Assembly (NCBI GenBank): GCA_030704615.1
Contig: CM060732.1
Span: 434,001-498,000, forward strand
From: Takakia lepidozioides
Taxonomy: Eukaryota; Plantae; Bryophyta
Reading direction: 5' to 3'
Length of the DNA: 64,000 bases
Under the pieces are notes generated by a model that saw nothing but the letters and a program-made list of their open reading frames with translations, was not told the origin of the DNA and searched no databases. The position numbers and the translations under genes are program-made. Of the stretch, positions 63,196 to 64,000 are shown piece after piece; position 1 is the stretch's first letter; each line of letters begins with the position of its first letter.

Positions 63196-63432
63196 TTACA
63201 TCGAAGAGGGGATGGACTTCGTCGTGTCCAGTGGCTATCGGCCCACCTGGCAGTGACTGTGCCCTGGAATGTACCTCACTTCTGTATGACTGTGTTTCAT
63301 TGTGTTGAATAACTCTCGGATTTGGCCCACTGTTTACAATTTGATGTCTCATTTCTACAATTTGTCTGTCTGGTTGAATAAAGCAGAGTAACCGGTATGT
63401 GAGTCATGTGTCAAGAATATACCAGAGTAACG

Positions 63433-63662
63433 CCATGTCGGACATTGAAATGCGGCACCGCATTTCCATGTCGGCATCGAAATGCGGCGCCGCATTTCCA
63501 TGTCGGGATCGAAATGCGGCGCCGCATTTCCATGTCCGCATCGAAATGCGGCACAGCATTTCCATGTCGGACATCGAAATGCGGCACCGCATTTCCATGT
63601 CGGACATCGAAATGCGGCACCGCATTTCCATGTGGGACAAGAAAATGCGGTGCATCATTTCC
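63433..63662. repeat. 31-32-bp tandem repeat with GAAATGCGGCGCCGCATTTC palindrome
   Basis: About seven units, with scattered further copies to 63925. Confidence 0.9.
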
Positions 63663-64000
63663 GTCCAGGTACACGAAATACCAACACGGGTCTATAAATT
63701 GATCAGAAAACGAGGTTGGCATTGCAAATGCGGCGACGCATTTCCAGCTTGGCAATGGAAACTTCTTTTTGGACAAGGGAATGCGGTGCCGCATTTCCGT
63801 CCAACACTTCGAAAAGTGCACCTATTTCCGACCAGCGCGATGGAATGCGTTACCGCATTTCCGAGAGAGGGTCTGCAAATTGACAAATTGCGATGTCCGT
63901 TCTGGAAATGCGGCGCCGCATTTCCATGTCCGTCATCGACTTTTTTTTTACAATGGAATGCGGTGCCAGTTTTTGCTGATGGGTCTGCAGTTCGAACAAC

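Larger units (their letters stand above)
61903..64000 (-). mobile_element. Terminal part of a third MULE-like element (family A relative), runs off the window
   Basis: Starts GGGGGCTGCTATTTCATGAGCCATGAGC like the 6328 terminus, truncates the integrase and carries GGCGCC palindromes; no transposase within the window. Confidence 0.6.

Overview
Eukaryotic, transposon-saturated window. A non-seed land plant is the likely source; this is inferred from the Tcn1-like and non-chromoviral Ty3/gypsy elements, GT-AG introns and CG/CHG-type C>T decay. No ordinary host gene or RNA gene was recognised. Contents in order: (1) a decayed chromodomain Ty3/gypsy element (127-6327) with a probable self-priming PBS and a -1 frameshift signal; (2) Mutator-like (MULE) family A, in two opposed copies (6328-11544, 29395-31286), encoding a GCM/WRKY-like + DDE + SWIM transposase; (3) an LTR-less fragment (11545-17941) and a near-complete copy (32351-45721) of a large non-chromoviral gypsy element whose consensus appears to be one ~3,550-codon ORF, plus a related solo LTR with TSD (49359-50247); (4) MULE family B (~17942-29394; partial second copy 45722-50498 + 51263-51440); (5) degenerate tandem repeats, a gag remnant, a PHD-finger integrase remnant and the end of a third MULE-like element. 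The main finding is in family B. Divergent from its transposase lies an intact, spliced gene of at least 9 exons. It encodes a ParB/Srx-like domain (DGNHR) fused to a bacterial-type beta-class amino (N4-C/N6-A) DNA methyltransferase domain. One of its introns is filled by an array of 116-bp units, each carrying a 38-bp palindrome. Sequence junctions also indicate an ~18.9-kb inversion (32351-51262). All domain calls come from manual motif recognition, not database searches.
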